This document shows, in pieces, positions 60,241-64,000 of a DNA stretch of 64,000 nt. The translations under genes were made by a program, and so were the position numbers. Source of the DNA: Azolla caroliniana (taxonomy: Eukaryota > Plantae > Polypodiophyta); contig JBHGNT010000012.1 in the NCBI GenBank assembly GCA_043228905.1, positions 9,424,001-9,488,000 on the forward strand, read 5' to 3'. Below the pieces are notes generated by a model. The model did no database searches and was not told where the DNA came from. It saw only the letters and a list, made by a program, of their open reading frames with translations. Position 1 is the first letter of the stretch. Each line of letters begins with the position of its first letter.

Positions 60241-63219
60241 ATGATGATGAATGATAACTATGATGATTGGTAATGAAGATAGACATGGTGATGGAGAGTA
60301 TGATGGTGAGAGAGATCATGTAGAGAAGCATTGCGGGGTGGGGGGTGGTGCCTAGAATGGCTCCACCCCCCTCCCAAGGGGTTCAACGTTAAAGGGGAGA
60401 GAGAGAGGGAGAGAGAGATGACAAGAGAGAGAGAGAGAGATTAAGAGAGAAATGTTCATTCATTCCCCATAAGGGGTTAAATAGTACAAGAGGGGGTAGA
60501 TACATAGGGGTGTAAGCCCCCTCGAGCGTTCATACTGGACACTCACTCACACCTCCTCGTATCCATCCACATTCACACACGTGTGCATGTCTTCACATAC
60601 GTATAGACTCACAATTATATTTATGCCCCCTACACATACACAACCACATCATGATAACATTCGACCCTCGCTCATCACACTTGACTCTCCGTACATCTCG
60701 TACGGGGTAACACAATATGGCACGCCCGTGGGAAAGTGCCTTGCACGTTGATCCCACATGCCTTGATGATGATATTTCTTCGACCGAAACTTCCATCGGT
60801 CCTTTCAACGATTGACTCCCTCGATCGGAGTGCTTGACTCGAACATCTTTGTCGGTCAGCAAATCTTTCCGCGACACGAACATTCTCGTTCTGTCGGCTT
60901 ACGAACTTCGTCATGGGTCCAAAATCATGTCGTGTATATGTATGTTCTTCCTTTGTTTTGAGTGTGTGTGAGTAGTCTTGGGGATTTTCAAAATTTTGGT
61001 GGTGTCGGTTTTTTAAAAAAATTTTGATATGTACCCTCGAGTTTTGAAAATTTCATTCAGTACCCCCAAGTTTCTGAAATTTTAGGCTGCTACCCTCAAC
61101 ATTTTTAAATTTCTTCGCATGCCCCTCTCTTCTCTTTTTCCCTCTCATTTTTTTATTTATTGTTTGTCTTCTTATGTTTTCTCCTATGTGTTGTCTGCAT
61201 CTTCTTCCTCCTTCTTGGTGTTAACCGTTGCTTCTTGTCCTCTTCCTGTCTTTCTTTTCCTCCTCTCTCTTTCTTCTTCTATCTTTGTTTCTTCCACTTC
61301 GTGTCTGTCTGTTCATGCCTTTCTCTTCTTCCATGACATCTTCTTTTTCTTCCTTCTCTGTTCTTCTTCTTTCTTGCATTTCTCTTCTCTCTTCTTCTTA
61401 TTTTCTGTATGTCTGCCTCTTTCTTCTCTGCGTTGTCTTTGTTTGGTTGTCGTGGTTGGTCGTCTTTCCAGCCTGTTTGGCCACTCCGGCCACTGTTCAG
61501 CTATTACGGCCGCTTCGGCCGCTCCTCGGCCACTCTTTGGCCGCTCGTCCGTCTCCATCTCCCGCCGTTTCGACCGGTTTCCGGCCCTTCTGGCCGCTCT
61601 TTCCGCTGTCTAGCCCGTCTGGCCATGTCTGTCCGGTCCATCTCCAGATGTCTCTGTCACCGACCTTGTCGGCCCTATTCGGTCGTCGATTTTGGCCGAG
61701 GTCCGTCGCTTTTCGACATCAATGTCGCTGTTACGGCCGTCTTTGTCCAGCATGTCTCTGGTCGGTTGTACGCTGACTCCGTCATCGTTCCAGCCGCCAT
61801 CGTTTGTTTGGGGACCGATGCGGCTTCATCCGACCCTTGTTTGACCCTCCGGCCGCTCCGGTTGCTACAGCCACTGTCCGACTATTCTGACCATTCCGAC
61901 TATTGCCCGGCTGCTCTTCAGCCGTTGTTCGGCCATTCTGGCCGCTCTTCAGCCATTATTCGGCCATTCTGACTGCTCTCCGGCCGCTCCGCTCCGGCTG
62001 CTGTCGGTTGGTGGTGACCATTCCTGACGCCTTTCTCGTCGTCGCCAACCCTGTCCAGCCGGCCTCCAGTCGCATGGCCGCTCTGTTCAGTCGTCACTAT
62101 CCGAGCATTCTTCTGGCCTCCGTTTTGGCCACGGTTCGACTGTGTCTAACCGTTTTGGTCTTTGGCTCTGTTCGGTCCTTCTGGCCGTACGACCATCACT
62201 TTCTTTCGGGCCCTTCAATCATCTCTATTTGGTTGTGCGTTTATTTCTCCGTCCTTCCCTGTCTTTGTCAACGAAGCATAATTGCACGAACCACACATCA
62301 TTTCATGTTCATATTCGCCTTCATCATGATCATCATCTTCTCCCTCTTCGTTAAGAATGATCAAGGTGGATATGATGATGATGATTGAAATGGTGATAAT
62401 GAGGAGACACATTTGTGCTTTAACTTGTAAACTGTGGACAAATTTGTCTCTACTTTAATACACATAAGAGGATATATTTGTCTCTGCTTATGACTAAACA
62501 TGGATGAGGGATGCTTAACACTTCTTTGTCGATTCATCAATTCCTTGTTTTGTGACGAATACATTGTCAATCTTCAATTTCTCACTCACTTGTACAGTTC
62601 CTACACATCATCGCCATCATTTGTTGCTTTTCTTGCATCGTCGTGTATCATTCTTGGACTCCGTCTCCAAAGGGGGGTCGCCTTAGTGGTCGCCAAAAAG
62701 TGTTGTAGGATTTTAGGGTTAGGGTTAAGGACGATGATGATGATGAATGATAACTATGATGATTGGTAATGAAGATAGACATGGTGATGGAGAGTATGAT
62801 GGTGAGAGAGATCATGTAGAGAAGCATTGCGGGGTGGGGGGTGGTGCCTAGAATGGCTCCACCCCCCTCCCAAGGGGTTCAACATTAAAGGGGAGAGAGA
62901 GAGGGAGAGAGAGATGACAAGAGAGGGAGAGAGAGATTAAGAGAGAAATGTTCATTCATGTTTCATTCATTCCCCATAAGGGGTTAAATAGTAAAAGAGG
63001 GGGTAGATACATAGGGGTGTAAGCCCCCTCGAGCATTCATACTGGACACTCACTCACACCTCCTCGTATCCATCCACATGCACATACGTGTGCATGTGTT
63101 CACATACGTATAGACTCACAATTATATTTATGCCCCCTACACATACACAACCACATCATGATAACATTCGACCCTCGCTAATCACACTTGACTCTCCGTA
63201 CATCTCGTACGGGGTAACA
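60240..63219 (-). mobile_element. Non-autonomous LTR element E (LARD/TRIM-like): 5' LTR 62701-63219, PBS 62686-62695, 3' LTR ~60240-60712 (outer ~30 bp lost)
   Basis: ~470-bp direct repeats; TGGCGACCAC PBS on minus; 2-kb internal region with CGGCC-rich degenerate repeats and no recognisable pol. Confidence 0.82.
60718..60757 (-). other. tRNA-Arg 3'-end-like element / inverted second PBS at PPT position (E)
   Basis: Sense GTGGGATCAA-CGTGCAAGGCACT-TTCCCACGGGCGTGCCA, 5 nt before the 3' LTR. Confidence 0.72.
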
Positions 63220-64000
63220 GTTTGATTCCGGTAGTTCTCACAATTTTCTTAATGATAACTTGGTGCAGCAAATGCAAATCTTTTGATGTTATTGAAGTTC
63301 ATACCAACCAATTAAGTTCATGTGAATGCACTTTTCCTTCACATTTACTTGGACCTAATGATTTACTCCGAGGAGTGGGTTATATCAATGGAACACAAGC
63401 ACATTTCTTGTTTGATTCCGGTAGTTCTCACAATTTTCTTAATGATCACTTGGTGCAGCAAATGAAAATCCACATAAATGCAAGTGATCATACCTATCAA
63501 GTTCACATGGCAAATGGAGGCATTCAATACATCAATGGCATTGTTTGTCAATTGCCAATTCAAATAGATACCTATCTGGAGAAGCTTGACTTTGAACATG
63601 TTATGAAACTACAATCCGTAGATGTCATTTTAGATACCCTTGGTTTTTTAATAAAAACCCTTCTTTTCTATTGATTGGGTTAATCACTCAATCGCATTTG
63701 AACTTAATAATTGTAAACATTTTATTCAATGTTCCAAACTTCGTTCTCGTTCACTTGTGTCTTATAAATCTTTAAGTGAGTATTCTAGTTCATTAATTTA
63801 TTCGTGTGTAATTGATCCCGCGATTCAATTTTATTATTTTAATATTGACGCCACACAATTACCACATTATGAACGACAATTACTCGACTCTATTTTAGAC
63901 GATTTTCAAAACGTGTTTCCTAACGAATTACCGCTTACTTTAGCACTAAAACGTAATGTGGACCATCAAATTGAACTCATCTCTGGTGTTGCTACTATGA
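63220..64000 (+). pseudogene. Gypsy (chromovirus-type) protease to RT-start remnant
   Basis: FLFDSGSSHNFL protease; FQNVFPNELP..RNVDHQIELI pre-RT motif; frameshifts. Confidence 0.75.

Noticed and set aside
60713-60757. Ordinary PBS of a plus-strand element E
   Set aside because: The other end has the TGGCGACCAC PBS on minus, and in gag-pol-bearing relatives this motif always marks the 3' end
61119-62388. S/L/F-rich plus-strand ORFs in element E
   Set aside because: Products of low-complexity pyrimidine and CGGCC repeats; no domain motifs
63220-63256. 37-bp duplicate of 63410-63446
   Set aside because: Local filler duplication at a TE junction; no sign of function

Overview
Eukaryotic, land-plant-like genomic DNA (probably a non-seed plant; inferred from element types, not proven). 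Bases 1-40.5 kb are a nest of retroelements: several related non-chromovirus Ty3/Gypsy families (labelled A, B, C here) with gag-pol plus a long extra sense ORF, an unrelated Gypsy (D), Copia remnants, RTE/RTEX-like LINEs and a MITE. Element B1 (20017-29831, minus) is young and structurally complete. A 12-exon chloroplast thylakoid ascorbate peroxidase gene lies at 41736-57619 (minus); its 10.3-kb intron 9 holds a Copia carrying two LINEs. More LTR elements follow, including non-autonomous element E. Main finding: in five copies from four families (A, B, C, E) the polypurine tract before the 3' LTR is replaced by a conserved mimic of a tRNA-Arg 3' end. It has T-arm and acceptor-strand sequence ending in CCA, with an inserted hairpin showing compensatory changes. 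On the opposite strand it reads as a second, inverted primer-binding site, suggesting tRNA-primed plus-strand synthesis. tRNA assignments are from recalled plant tRNA sequences and need checking against the host set.
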